The notes under the pieces were generated by a model, which saw only the letters and a program-made list of their open reading frames with translations, did no database searches and was not told the DNA's origin. Shown piece by piece: positions 39,985-52,900 of a stretch of DNA of 64,000 nucleotides (its first letter is position 1; every line of letters begins with the position of its first letter). A program made the position numbers and the translations under genes. The stretch comes from Mytilus trossulus (lineage: Eukaryota), in assembly GCF_036588685.1 (NCBI RefSeq), contig NC_086385.1:55017216-55081215 (forward strand), in the 5' to 3' direction.

Positions 39985-40024
39985 AAAACAAATTCTCAGC
40001 TCAGATGTTAGTATTCAATTTATT
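39985..40024 (-). terminator. Poly(A) signal, copy 3
   Basis: AATAAA at 40019-40024 within the conserved 3'-end block. Confidence 0.65.
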
Positions 40025-40317
40025 GTATAAAAACCAAAAGCAACAAATTATATTCGTAATGTTTTAGCACATTGCATGTGAAAACACTGTCATAAGCACA
40101 AAGCACATTGAAAGGCTTAATCTGTTGATAATGAAACAAAACTTTCGATCAATGTTATATCGATTGAATGAGTACATAGTACAATTAAAGGATCTCGGCC
40201 TTCTACCTTCCAATTAAATTCTCGGGCTTCTACCTTTTCAATGTTATATTTAGAAGATGAGCTTACTATATGTCCTTATTACTATAAAATAATTAAGATA
40301 TGATGAAGAGGTAGAAC

Positions 40318-40521
40318 TCAATCACTTTGCCAACCACCAGTCTTCATTCCTGTTATACTATGCGAACGTTTCATTTGTTCATGTTTCCGTTTTGAATGCT
40401 GGTCCATAAAACTAGTCAAGTTTCGTTCATTGTCATAAATGGTAAACAACATATTGCAATTTTGTCTGGATTTGCAAAGTCCAGGAATCAGATTTGAACT
40501 AGCAGGTAATACTAATGACAT
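40318..40521 (-). CDS. Small intronless ORF family, copy 3 (67 aa, MSLVLPASSNLIPGLCKSRQNCNMLFTIY...)
   Basis: Ungapped paralogue. TGG replaces the TGA stop of copies 1/2, adding 4 aa. An in-frame upstream ATG lies at 40584. Promoter and poly(A) signal are conserved. Confidence 0.75.
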   Translation of the reverse strand: MSLVLPASSNLIPGLCKSRQNCNMLFTIYDNERNLTSFMDQHSKRKHEQMKRSHSITGMKTGGWQSD

Positions 40522-40676
40522 CTTTTCCTGATTGAAACTGATATTGATAATCTTTTCCAGTCCTCGATAATATTTCGAACACATTCAAATAACTTCCTTT
40601 CTGTTTCTTTTAAGTATCAAACGTAACAATCACTTTACAGTTAGGTCTAATCTAAACATTTTCTGTGTCATTTTCT

Positions 40677-40723
40677 CTTTTATATGTTTCAAGTAAATAG
40701 GCGTGGTATCAAATAGGCGTGGT
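40677..40723 (-). promoter_or_regulatory. Putative core promoter of copy 3
   Basis: Boxes at 40699-40707 and 40715-40723, followed by CATATAAAAG. Confidence 0.65.
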
Positions 40724-41277
40724 TTTACTCTAATTTTATAATGTTAAGTATATCACTAAATGATTCCAATTACTTAATTGCAAAATGTCACGATATCAGT
40801 CTGTGAATATAGATGTCAGTTATAATTGTCTGCTCGGCATTCCATTTAACAATTTCAGTTTACATTGTTTATCATATTATGATATTTCCTTTATTTCGAT
40901 TAAAAAAAAACTCAAATCCGTTCGTTGCATATTTGTCTCTACATGTTTATTTAAAGATGTGCATTTGTCTATGCATTTTATGTTATAAGCTGCGATGTCT
41001 TACATGTCAAAGAAGATCTCATTCCTTTAGTTTCTTATTGTTATTATTTTCTGTTGTGCTTTGAACTTTATTAAATTATTGCATTAATGATATTTTAACA
41101 TGTTTTAAATTATATTATAAAATAGTCATCACACATGTGAATAGAAAAAAGAAATGTTGCTTTTTGTTATTTCATTATGCAGTTTTGCAACTCGATTTTG
41201 AATAAATTATTGATCAGTTTTTCGGAAATCAATTTTTTTAAAGAGATTGTTTTGATTTAAATGTAAAATCCTGGAAT

Positions 41278-41510
41278 ATATATCACATTGCATAGCGGGT
41301 TATATTCACGGGGGGGGGGGGGGGGGGGGGGGGGCTGATTTTCATTGAATAATGTATACGAAATATTTTGGTGGTTATTAATTTGGAAGATCCAATACCT
41401 TTGCATGTGCACTTGTAAATTTTAAACGGACTTTATTTAAGCGATTTTGTTTTATCCGCGAAAATAAGCGAAAATTTGCACTCAGCGATAATAATCCGCT
41501 AAACGGTATT
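41278..41510. mobile_element. MITE-like element containing a G25 run (paralogue ~55498-55732 with G26)
   Basis: Inverted ends tagcgggtta.../...taatccgcta; poly-G at 41310-41334 and 55528-55553. Confidence 0.55.
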
Positions 41511-42559
41511 ATAGACATATTTGCGAGAAGATGTAACCTGTATCTGAAGAAAAACAAATTATCTTGCTGATTGTTTAAGATTTTATTTTTGTTAAACTGC
41601 TAAACCACTGTTAAATTACAGGGAAGGATATCGCCCCAAAATTACAAGCTATATTGGAAACTAACTTTTATGTCAATTCGGTCTTTGGTAAACAATTTTA
41701 AAATCAAACCACCATATCTTCTTTTTCTATTTCTATAAACTTGAATAAACCTTATTTTTTCTCCTGAAAAAACTGTTGAAATGAAAGACATTCACCATAA
41801 CAGTCAGTACCTATTCACCTACCATTAACTCAAATATACTTGCTTTATTCTAGGATTGAAATTTCCTCGTTTGTTGAACCCATATTCCAATCGAACTGAG
41901 TATAAAGAATACATTTTTTGACTCATATCTAAACATTTAAAACAGTAAGGGTCGGTTAAAAACAAAACGTAAGGACAACAAAGCTGATTTCAGCTTCCAA
42001 ATTTTTAATTTACTAATTTCTCTGTAGTAACATTTCAACAGCGAAAAATATTTTAATCATTTTATTGTTTATCATGATTTCTTTGATATAGGTATGCTGC
42101 TAAATTTAAATCAATCAATCCAAGAGTTTTAAGTGATGAAATTGAATGTATCCCTCCGTTAATTCTTCGGAGGCAATTACGATTATGTTAATCGCTATGG
42201 AAAATTCCTTTCACAGATGACGTCGGATTTGTTTCAACTGTCGAAAGAACAATCCCGTCTCCTCCTTAACGAATGTTGCCTACTAAATCAGACTTATCCT
42301 CGAGTAAGTACTTATATGAGCAACACGACGGATGTCACATGTCAGGAATGATCCTCTTATAAATCTTAAGGACTTATATCACTGCAATCAGGCTAGTTTT
42401 GATTGGGGTTCAATTTGCTCAGTCAATTGTTTTTTGTTGTGTTGTTTGTCTTTTTCAATGGCGTTGTCAATTTATTTTCGACTTTTGAGATTGAATGGCC
42501 TTTTGTTATTGTTGGCCTCTTGTTAAGTTTTACTCTGACTCAAGAATGTATAGCCCGCT

Positions 42560-43863
42560 TATCCGAGGCACAGATTACCTTAGCCATAATGGCACCTTTT
42601 TTTTTTAATATTGGACTCAATGCTCTTCAACTTTGTATTTGTTTGGTTTATAACTATTTTGATATGAGCGTCACAGATGATTCTTGTGTAGACAAAACGC
42701 GCGTCTGCCGTTCTTAATTATAATCCTGGTACCGCTGTTAAATATTTACACCATTGGGTCGATGCCTCTGCTTGTGGACGATTCGTCCCCGAAGGTATCA
42801 CCAGCCCCGCAGTCAACACTTCGGTGTTGACATGAATATCAATTATGTGGTCATTTTTCTAAATTTCCTGTTTACAAAATTTAGAATTTTTCGAAAAACT
42901 AAGGATTTTCTTATCCCAGGCATAGACTATATGGTCATTTTCAAAAATTTTCTGTTAACAAAACTTTGATTTTTTTTAAAAGCTAAGGATTTTCTTATCA
43001 CAGGCATAGATAACCTTAGCCGTATTTGGCACAACTTTTTTGTAATTTTGGGTCCTCAATGCTCTTCTTTGGCTTTCTAATTGTTCTGAGCTGAGTGTCA
43101 CTGATGAGTCTTATGTAGACGAAACGCGCGTCTGGTGTTATTAATTATGATCCTGGTACCTTTGCTAACTATTTGCACCACTGGGTCGGTGCCTCTGCTG
43201 GTGGACGTTTCGTCCCTGGAGATATCTCCATTCCAGTAGTCAACACTTCGGTGTTGACATGAATATCAATTATGTGGTCATTTTTATAAATTTCCTGTTT
43301 ACAAAATTTTGACGAAAAACTAAGGATTTTCTTATGCCAGGCATAAATTACCAAAGCCGTAATTGACACTACTTTTTTTTTGGAATTTTGGATCCTAAAT
43401 GCTCTTGAACTTTGTCTTTGTTTGGTTTATAACTATTTTGATATAAGCGTCACTGGTGAGTCTTATGTGGACGAAACGCGCGTCTGGTGTACTAAATTAT
43501 GATCATGGTACCTTTGCTAACTATTTACACCACTGGGTCGGTGCCTCTGCTGGTGGACGTGTCGTCGTCGAGGGTATCACCAACCCAGTAGTCAACACTC
43601 CGGTGTTCACATGAAAATCAATTATGTGGTCATTTTTATAAATTTCCTGTTTACAAAACTTTGAATTTTTCGAAAAGATAAGGATTTCTTTTTCCCAGAC
43701 ATAGATTTACTTAGCCGTATTTGGCACAACTTTTTCAAAATTTGGATTTTCAATGCTCTTCATTTTTGTATTTGTTTGGTTTATAACTATTTTGATATGA
43801 GCGTCACCGAAATGCGCGTCTGGCGTACACAATTATAATCCACGTACCTTTAATAACTATTTA
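42560..43863 (+). mobile_element. Tandem retrozyme array (~352-354-bp monomers; four hammerhead positions)
   Basis: Cores at ~42673 (mutated), 43101 (intact), 43453 (CTGGTGA) and ~43807 (core deleted). Confidence 0.9.
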
Positions 43864-43867
43864 CCGA

Positions 43868-44340
43868 TTTTATCATGTAGCGTATCCTTCACGTTTCTCG
43901 TAAGGTTGATGCCTTTATCATTTATACCTAATATTTATTTTATATCATGCTACAAACATCCCTGACCTTGCCAAGTTAACGTTGGCACCACGTTGTAGTA
44001 TATTGCATGTCTCATTTTCTTCAATCTTCACATTTTGATCTTTGCTGGTACCTATTTCGCACCTTCTTTTAATTTTACACGAAGTTTTTGTCTTAGATCA
44101 GTTGTCGATCGAATAAATAAATACCTGCAAATATATAATTCACATTTAAAGTGCAGTATACATTTTTATTGTCATTTGACAGACACTTATTGTGTATGCA
44201 AAAACTTGAAATATTCCACACCTAATTAAGATCTATTTGCTGAATGACGTACTTAACGCTTCTGAAATAAACTCAGAAAAAAAATTAAAGTGTATCTTTT
44301 TTATTACCGACTTTGTTTTCCGATAATATGTTTATCAAGA
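43868..44340. promoter_or_regulatory. CNE copy 4
   Basis: TGACGTactTAACGC at 44245-44259; homologous to the other copies. Confidence 0.5.
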
Positions 44341-44474
44341 AAAAAAAGTCTAGTAGGCCTAATTGTGTGTTGAAAACCTTTTAAAACCTTGTGACTTGCA
44401 TTTAGATTTGTATCATCATCACTCTTTTATATACATGTTTATATACATGTAATAGCAAATATGACAAGGAGATA

Positions 44475-44880
44475 AATAAACTCATCATATATACCAGGAC
44501 TAAATTTAATATATACGCCAGACGTGCATTTCGTCTACAAAAGACTCATCCGTGACGCTCGAATCCAAAAAAGTTGAAATATAGCCAAATAAAGTACTAG
44601 GTTGAAAAGCATTGAGATCCAAAATTCTTAAAAGTGTTGCCAAATACAGCGAAAGTAAAAAATGCCTGAGGTAGAAAAGCCTTAGTATTTCAAAAAAATT
44701 CAAATTTGGTAAACAGTTTATTTATAAATATAACAATATCAATGATTATTCATGTCAGCACAAAAACTGCTGACTACTGGGCTTGTTATACCCTCGGGGA
44801 AATAAATCTCCACCAGCAGTTGCATCGACCCAGTGGTTGAAACTAAACTCATCATAGATACCAGGACTACATTTAATATA
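44475..44880 (-). mobile_element. Retrozyme monomer of a second subfamily (~367-bp period), hammerhead mutated
   Basis: Terminal redundancy aaactcatcata.ataccaggacta at ~44478 and ~44845; core reads CGGATGA...GAAAT. Confidence 0.85.
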
Positions 44881-46699
44881 GAAACACACTTAAAGTAAGC
44901 ATTATGCTTTGATGTAGAACAAAACGTATTGTAAGTTTCCCTTTACATGGGTATCTGGGTCAGTATTCATAATGTACCTCAGATTTTGGAAACCTAAAAA
45001 TGTGTGTACACCGAAAATGTCTATGCAGTGAACCTGTTTTTTTACCATGGCAAGTGTGTTGTTTTGAGAACAGAGAACCATAGAGTTAAGGTAAACAAAC
45101 TAATTATTTGTTAATTACTAAATGTTTGCAAATAACTTAATTTTTCAGGAAATTTATGGTTATTACAATAACGTGTTTTACCTCGAAGAGCTGCATCACA
45201 AAAGACTTTAAATTCAGTGATTGTCGCTCGTTTATGTGTAACATAATTGGTTTTCGTTGATGTTTTTACATAAATGAGGCCGTTAGTTTTCTCGTTTGAA
45301 TTGGTTTACATTGTCTTATCGGGGCCTTTTATAGCTGACTATGCAGTATGGACTTTGCTCATTGTTGAAGGCAGTACGGTGATCTATAGTTGTTAATGTC
45401 TGTGTCATTTTGGTCTGTTGTGGATAGTTGTCTCATTGGCAATCATACCATATTTTCTTTTTTATATTTCAAGTTGTGCCAACTTATAGTAAAATAATCT
45501 CTATTCGAACCCCAAAAATTCATTCACATATTAAGTACAAATGCGGAAAAGACCCATCTTGCAAATACAAGATAACGATACTTGCAAAAGAATTAAGTAA
45601 ATGGCTGGCATTACCCCATACATGAATGCATTGCGCATCTTGACAAATCTAGACATATATGAAAGTTTCCATTAAAAGACTGATGTCGGGGATTGAAATG
45701 CTGCGCTGAGTGATTTGTATTATACAATAGTATTAGTTTATAAGCCAAGATCGAGATTTAAACTATAAGAAATTAAAACAGATAATTTAACAGATATAGG
45801 AAGATATGGTATGAATACCAATGATATAACTCTCCATCAAAGTCACAGTTTATAAAAGTAGATAATTATAGATCAAGATACGTTTTCTGTTTCATATATA
45901 TTGACCTTTCCCATGCCATAGTCAAATACCATAATCGGGAGCCAAGATCTGCTTTCCCTTTCGAAGCACCTCATCCCCAATATTTGGTTGGGTTCGTGTT
46001 GCACAGTCTTTAGTGTTCTATGTTTTGTCTTATGTACTAGTATTAGTGTTTGTCTATTTGTCTAGTTTTTTATCTTGGTCTTGGCATTGTCAGCATCTTT
46101 TATTTTGAATGTCCTTCTGTTATCTTTCGCCTTTCTTTGTTAAGTGGAAGCCATATGGAATCAAATCAAAGCTGAAACATGATCGCATGGGTAGTTTACC
46201 TATCCCACAAGATAGCAGTTGATGATTCTTTATATACTTTTCAAGACGATAATAAATAAAGGCATTATTTTTTTAATATCAATGTTTGAAATGTCTAACT
46301 AACGGCTAAAATACAAATTCAATTAGGGCATATCTGGCAAATCCATATCTACTCATCATTTACGAGATCGGATGTATTATAAGATCCAACACCCTTCTTA
46401 CTCTTCTTCGTTGTTGTTTGCAAAGATGGCGATGCATATTTAGAAACTTTATTCTGGATACAAAAACTAATAAACAAATAAAATGTCAGAGAAGTTGGAT
46501 TAAACATAATTACAACGCTTTTACTGTAAAATTATTTGACGAGGGTCTAAAATATCCTGAGGACGGATTAGAAAAAACATTTTTGAAATTCTACTCTTTT
46601 ATCTGTAATCACGCTTTTACAACTTTACAGTTAAATCGAAACAATTAATTGATCTATGTTTCACAATTGAAAGTTTTTAGCAGCCTAGTAGTCAACACT

Positions 46700-46960
46700 T
46701 CGTCGTTGATATCAATATGAAGTATATGGTAATTTTTATAAACTTCCTGTTTACAAAACTATAAATTTATCGGAAAAATTACACAATCCGTATTTGGCAC
46801 AACTTTTTGGAATTTTGAAATTTGGAATCCTCAATGCTCTTCAACTTTTTACTTGTTTGGTTTTATAACTGTTTCCTCTGAGCGTCTTTGATGCGTTTTA
46901 TGTAGCCGAAACGCGCGTCTGACGTCTTAAATTATAATTCTGGTTCCGTTTATAACTTAT
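46700..46960 (+). mobile_element. Degenerate retrozyme fragment
   Basis: Monomer body is recognisable; GAAACgcgcGTC is kept and the first box is mutated. Confidence 0.75.
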
Positions 46961-47329
46961 TCCCATTAATTCAAAATTAAGATTTACTAAAGGTAACTTG
47001 TTTATATTTTTGAATGCTTTTTGTCTAGTCGAATGATTGAGACTAAATGATGATCACCAAAAAGTTGTGTACCACCGTCAAATATGTATCTGTCTCTGGA
47101 TCCTCCTCGACCTCGGTTTTCTACTATTGTATTTGTGTCTGAATGCAACGATTAACAAATAGTGTATATGTTTCTTGATACAGCTTAACAGGTGTTATAT
47201 GCTAAACTATGCCTTAAATTTGATTACGTTCGAGTTTTGATTATAAGTCAAACTCCTTCTTTTTTATTGTGTTTTTTATCATTCTACTCAGTAATGACCC
47301 TTGATATATCGTTTGGAACCGCGTTAATC

Positions 47330-47675
47330 AATGATTGTATCATGTGTTTCTTAAAATTGTTCACATGTCGACCTTTTTTTCCTTGTGTTGCTGTTAAATT
47401 GGTTATCATACATCTCTCGAATCATCCTTCAAAAGCGTGATATTGACATTGCGTTTATTGTTTGTCGATTAAATTAATAGATGTCAGCATATATATATAG
47501 CTTACATTTAAAGTGCAGTTAATATTTTTGATATTTGGCAGACATGTTATTGGCATCTTTTATAGAAATATTCCACAGTTGTATTTGTAACAACGTCTTA
47601 ATGACGTAATTGACGCTTTTGAAATAAACTCAAGAACCAAAAAAAAAGGTCAAAGTCATTTTTTTCATTACTGAT
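47330..47675. promoter_or_regulatory. CNE copy 5 (most diverged)
   Basis: TGACGTaatTGACGC at 47602-47616. Shares the ttgtttgtcgat, acatttaaagtgcag and aaatattccaca blocks. Confidence 0.45.
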
Positions 47676-49983
47676 GGTATGATATAATATTAGAATTTTA
47701 TATTATATACAAGGACATTTTAAAGACGATTTCTTTACTTTATCTCAATAAATCTTGATTGATACTTTATTGAGTCACTCTCATGATAAGGAGGTACAAA
47801 ACATTACAGTTGAGTGCATACCAAGTATAACATAAAGTAAACACACGTTAACAGCGTTTGTATATATTTTATTATTATACAACAATTTTAGCGTTTGCTT
47901 GTAAACGCACATTTACTATAATTCCGTTCATGCTTTCGAAATGGAAATTTTTGATTTTTTCCCCAGTTAACGCGCGTTTATTATGTGTCCGTTTAGCTTG
48001 AAACGGGCGTTTCCTACAGATTCGACACGTGCACTTGAAATAATTTCGCTACATTTGTACATTATTTTTAATTTGTTAAAAATACATTTATCTAAATAGT
48101 TAACGAATCTGTTTATAGAACTGTAACAATTCAAAAACACTTTTAATTCAAAATATTAACGTTTATTAATTGCTCAAAATCAGTTCCAAAAACTTTAACA
48201 TGTTTGAAAAGGGGATTTTTTATAAAAAAATAAATCAAAAGTTACAAGTACTGATATAAATATCGACTCAGAATGATATTTCCTTTCTAGAACATTATCT
48301 GATTGTACCAACTCATTTCTATCTTCAGTACATTTTTTGCCTGATCTTCTTGAACTCATCCACAAATATAAACTGAAAATCTTGTTGGTTTTACAGTCCC
48401 AGGATAAATATTTCCTTTGTACTTCTTTACTATTATCATCTTTCAATTCCTTGGAATGTTATATCATAAACTCTAATCGCCAATACGTCAATCATAAATA
48501 AACAGTTGGCCATTTTAATGAAACTTGAATTATGTTAAGTCACTGTACCAAGATTGTGATGACAATCTGCGTTAACGCACGTAAACTACAAACACTTAAC
48601 GTGCACTTACTTTTTACTAAAACAGATATCGCGCCTTTCTTCCTTCACGTTAACGCGGCAGTAAACGTGAAATTTGGTTTACTCTTTTAAAAATTAGAAG
48701 AGGCGTTATTTTGCGTTAACGCGTAGATAAATAAAGGCAACAGGAGTATACCGCTGTTCGAAATTAATAAATCGATTGACAAGAAAACAAGTACGGGTTT
48801 CGAACTAAAACTGAGGGAAACACAATAACAGAGAACCACGACACAACAGAAACAAACGTTTAAAAATCTACCTTTTTATATGAAAGCACGCTTTTGCAAC
48901 TATGCAGTGAAATAAAAACAAACTAAAACCGATACATGATTTAAGGCAAATATTTTATAAGTATTCAATTATCCACTCATTTCTATAAGGAAGTTTATTC
49001 TAGCGATAAAATATTTACATTGTAGTTATTATGCGGAGCATATGCATAAGCCATTAAAAAATGAAAGTGTTAAATGTCATAACCACACTCCTGTTCCCTT
49101 TCCACAAATATGACCTATCTAATTAGACTATTAATCGGATTTGTAATCACGTGAGAAACAAGACAAATGTCACATGTTGATCAGGATCTGATTGCCTTTC
49201 CGGAGTACCTAAGATCACTTCCAGTTTCTGGTGGGATTCATTATACTCAGTCTTTATTTTTATTAAGTGTGTTTTGTGTACCATTATGTATCTCTCTTGT
49301 CTTCTTTAACCATGGCGTTCTTCTTTTTTTTTTTTATTTATGAGTTTGAATTTCACTCTGCTATCCCCCGTTCGGCTTTATTAAAACGGTATTGATGTAG
49401 TAAAACTAAACATATTCGCATGACAATCGGATATCATGTACTTAAAAAAAATGGTTTTATATTAAAAATTCAACGTAGAAATCTTCTATGGTTAATTGAT
49501 AATTTTCACAAAAAGATAATCGGAAGAGTAAAAGAGACAAATCTGAAGTAAATAGGTATGGGAAGATGTATTGTGAGTGCCAATGAGACAACTTTCCATC
49601 CAAATAACAATTTATGGAAGTAAACCATTATAGGTTAACGTACGACCTTCAAAGCCTGCTATATACCTACACAAAATGCACACAGTAGCTGCGCGTATAC
49701 TCCAGTAGATGTTGAATTTGCATCTGTTCACGTTATAATAATTAAACGCGAAAAAAGAGGGAAAAATGAATTACTTGCACGCTTCGCAAACGTGTATTAA
49801 AATTTTGTATAGCTTCGTCTGCGCCAAACGGTACCCATTTTGTCCGAAATAATTGTTCTACCTTTTCTTAGAAAAAACATACAAGTTTAGAAACGAAGTA
49901 GGTAATTTGAAAAATGTACTTTGACATTAATTATAAAATGCTTGTGTTGTTTCTGATGCTTCTTATGACGTCTTTAAACACAC

Positions 49984-52900
49984 TTATCATACTTACTTAC
50001 TTAATCCTCTTCGTGCATACTCGCACATGAGGCCACTACCAACGCCCTCCACTGTTGCCTGTCTTGTGCCTTTCTTTCTGCTTCTCCCCATGTCATTCCC
50101 ATGGCTCTTAGTTCGCTTTCTATTGTACGTCGCCATGTCTCTTTAGGTCTCCCTCTCTTTCTTTCCCCCTCTGCTGGTGTCCAACGAAGAGCTATCCTTG
50201 TGATGTCATGTTTGTCTTGCCGTAGAACATGGCCTATCCGTTTCCATCGCCTTTCTTTAATTTCAACTCTGATGTCTCGTTGTAAGGTTAGGGTGTATAG
50301 ATCTTTATTAATGATGGTTTTTGGCCAGAAGATCTTGCAAATTTTCCGAAGACATGTATTGTGGAAAGATGACAGTTTGTTGAAGTCAGATTTTATAACC
50401 CTCCATGACTCTGCACCATATAGCAAAACTGATTTTACATTACTATTATATATTTTGATTTTTGTGGACCTGGATATTGATGTTGTTTTCCATACTGTTC
50501 GTAATCTGCAGAAAGAAGTTCTGGCTTTGTTGATCCTTGCCATTATATCTTTGCTAGTGCCGTTGTCCTGGCTGATGTTAGTACCTAGATAAGTAAAATT
50601 TTCCACTTCTTCTATGTTGTCTCCTTTAAGAGTTATGGGTTGTTAACTAGTTTTGTCATTAAGACTAATTATCTTTGTCTTTTGTGCATTTATCTTTAAA
50701 CCTACAGATAGAGCAGTGTCATGTAGTCTTGATGTTTTGTTCTTCGTGTTTGCTCTAGTTGTTGATAAAAGGCATATGTCGTCTGCAAAATCTAGATCTT
50801 CTAAGATTGTGTTCATCGACCATCTTATTCCAGTTACTCTATTGCCTAGTGTTCTTCTCGTGCACTAGTCGATGACAATGAGGAAAAGAAGGGGAGAGAT
50901 GACGCATCCTTGTCTTACTCCAGATTGTACATTAATCCAGGTGGATTTGGTTCCATTGTGTAGGACACAGCATCTGTAGTTGTTGTAAAATAATTTAATC
51001 ATGCTAATTATTTTCTCAGGTATGCCATACGATCTCATTATGTCCCACATGCTGTCTCTGTCCAAGCTATCAAAAGCCTTTTCAAAGTCCACATAGTTTA
51101 TGACGATGTTGTGTTGCCATTCTATGCACTGCTCAATGATGTTTCTGAGTGTGAATATCTGGTCACTGCACCCTTTATTGGCTCTAAAACCTGCTTGTTC
51201 ATTCCGCAGGGTGTCATCTAAAGCATCTACTTTTCGCTTGGCAATAACTCTCAGGAAAACTTTTGCAGGTACAGACAGTAGAGATATACCTCTCCAGTTG
51301 TTGCAATTTTTCATGTCACCTTTCTTGGCAAGTTTAACTAGTAGTCCTTCCTCCCAGTCTTCAGGTATATTTTCATCCTCCCATATTTTGCTAAATAGTG
51401 TTTGCAGTATTGATGCTGTTGTTTCCACATCTGCCTTAAGGAGTTCTGCACTGATGTTGTCTACTCCAGCTGATTTACTATTTTTTAGCTTGCATAATGC
51501 TTTCTTTATTTCACCAAGTTCAATTTTTTCTTCTCATATATCAATTTCGATCTTGTCTTCAGTGTTATCAAATAGAGCTGGTTTGTCTGGTGGTTCTCTG
51601 TTCAGAACTTCCCGAAAGTGCTCTGCCCATCTTTCAAGTTTCTGTGCTTCTGATGTTATTACCTCTCCATTCTTGCTTAAAACTGGTGTGTCATTGTTGT
51701 TACTTTTACCACATAGCTGTTTAGTGATCTTATATACAGTACTTAGTTCTCCATGTTTGCATGCCTCTTCTGCTTCATTTGCCAATCCTTCAATGTATTG
51801 TAATTTGTCTTCTCTAGCTTTTTTCTTAACTTCTTTATTTAGCTCTGATTATTCTTTTTGAAGCTTTTCTTTCAACCTTTCTGATCTTGCCTGATTGCAC
51901 TTGCTTTTTGTAGATCTTCTCTTTTCAATAACATTCCAGGTTGTATCTGGAATCCACCTTTTCCTTGTACTGTCTCTAATTCCAAGTACATTTTCAGCTG
52001 TATCGTTAAACATAGTTTTTACTTTGTTCCAATGTTCATTTAAATCAGGACCAATGTTGTCGTGGTTTTCACTGATAGTGTGTAGTGTTTGGTATTGGTT
52101 TCTTATGCTGATGTTGAATTTTTGTCTTATTAGATTGTCTTTGAGGCGGTGGATGTTATATATTTTTCTGTTATGCTGTGGTCTGGCTACCTTTCTCAGT
52201 TTAAGTTTAATTTTCCCAAGTAGAAGGTGGTGGTCACTTCCACAATCGGCTCCCCTTTTGACACAGACATCCATCAGAGACTTTCTCCATCTTCCATTTA
52301 TAATTATGTGGTCTATCTGGTTTTGGTCCCTGCCATTTGGTGAGTTCCATGTTAGTTTGTGAATGTCCTTGTGTGGAAATAAGGAACCTCCAATAACTAG
52401 ATCATTCAAGCCACATAAATCTACTAAAAGTCCACCATTTTCATTTCATTCTCCACATCCATGTCTGCCCATTATTCTTTCCTTACATGAGTTATCTAAC
52501 CCAATCTTTGCATTTAGATCACCAATTACAAGACATAAATCATGTGCTGGTACTTTACTGATAAGGGATTGTAATTTGTCATAAAACTTATTCTTGTCCT
52601 CAATACTAGCTTCGTTGGTAGGTGCATAGCATTGACTCACTGACAGTTTTGAGTATTTTGAATAAAACCTTGCCATAATAAGCCTTTCATCCACTGGTTG
52701 CCATTCTAGAAGAGCTCTTTTTGATTCCTTGCTTAGTACTAAAGCAACTCCCTCATAGTGTTTGTTGTCTGTTCGGCCTGAGTACAATATGGTCTTACCT
52801 GTGTCCGTTGAGATCGATCCGTTGTTTAACCATCTGCATTCACTGACACCTAGTATACTGATGTTATACCTTCTCATCTCATTGACAACTTGTGCTGTTT

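Larger units (their letters stand above)
38870..44720 (+). repeat. Segmental duplication unit, paralogous to ~49525-59055
   Basis: Continuous high similarity including the gene, a poly-G MITE, a Naiad remnant, the retrozyme array and the CNE. The second copy has extra RTE and L1/Tx1 insertions. Confidence 0.95.

Noticed and set aside
46349-46453. Possible minus-strand terminal exon (NKVSKYASPSLQ...DE*) after tttttgtatccag
   Set aside because: Only 34 codons, with no recognisable homology, no paralogue and no convincing upstream exon.
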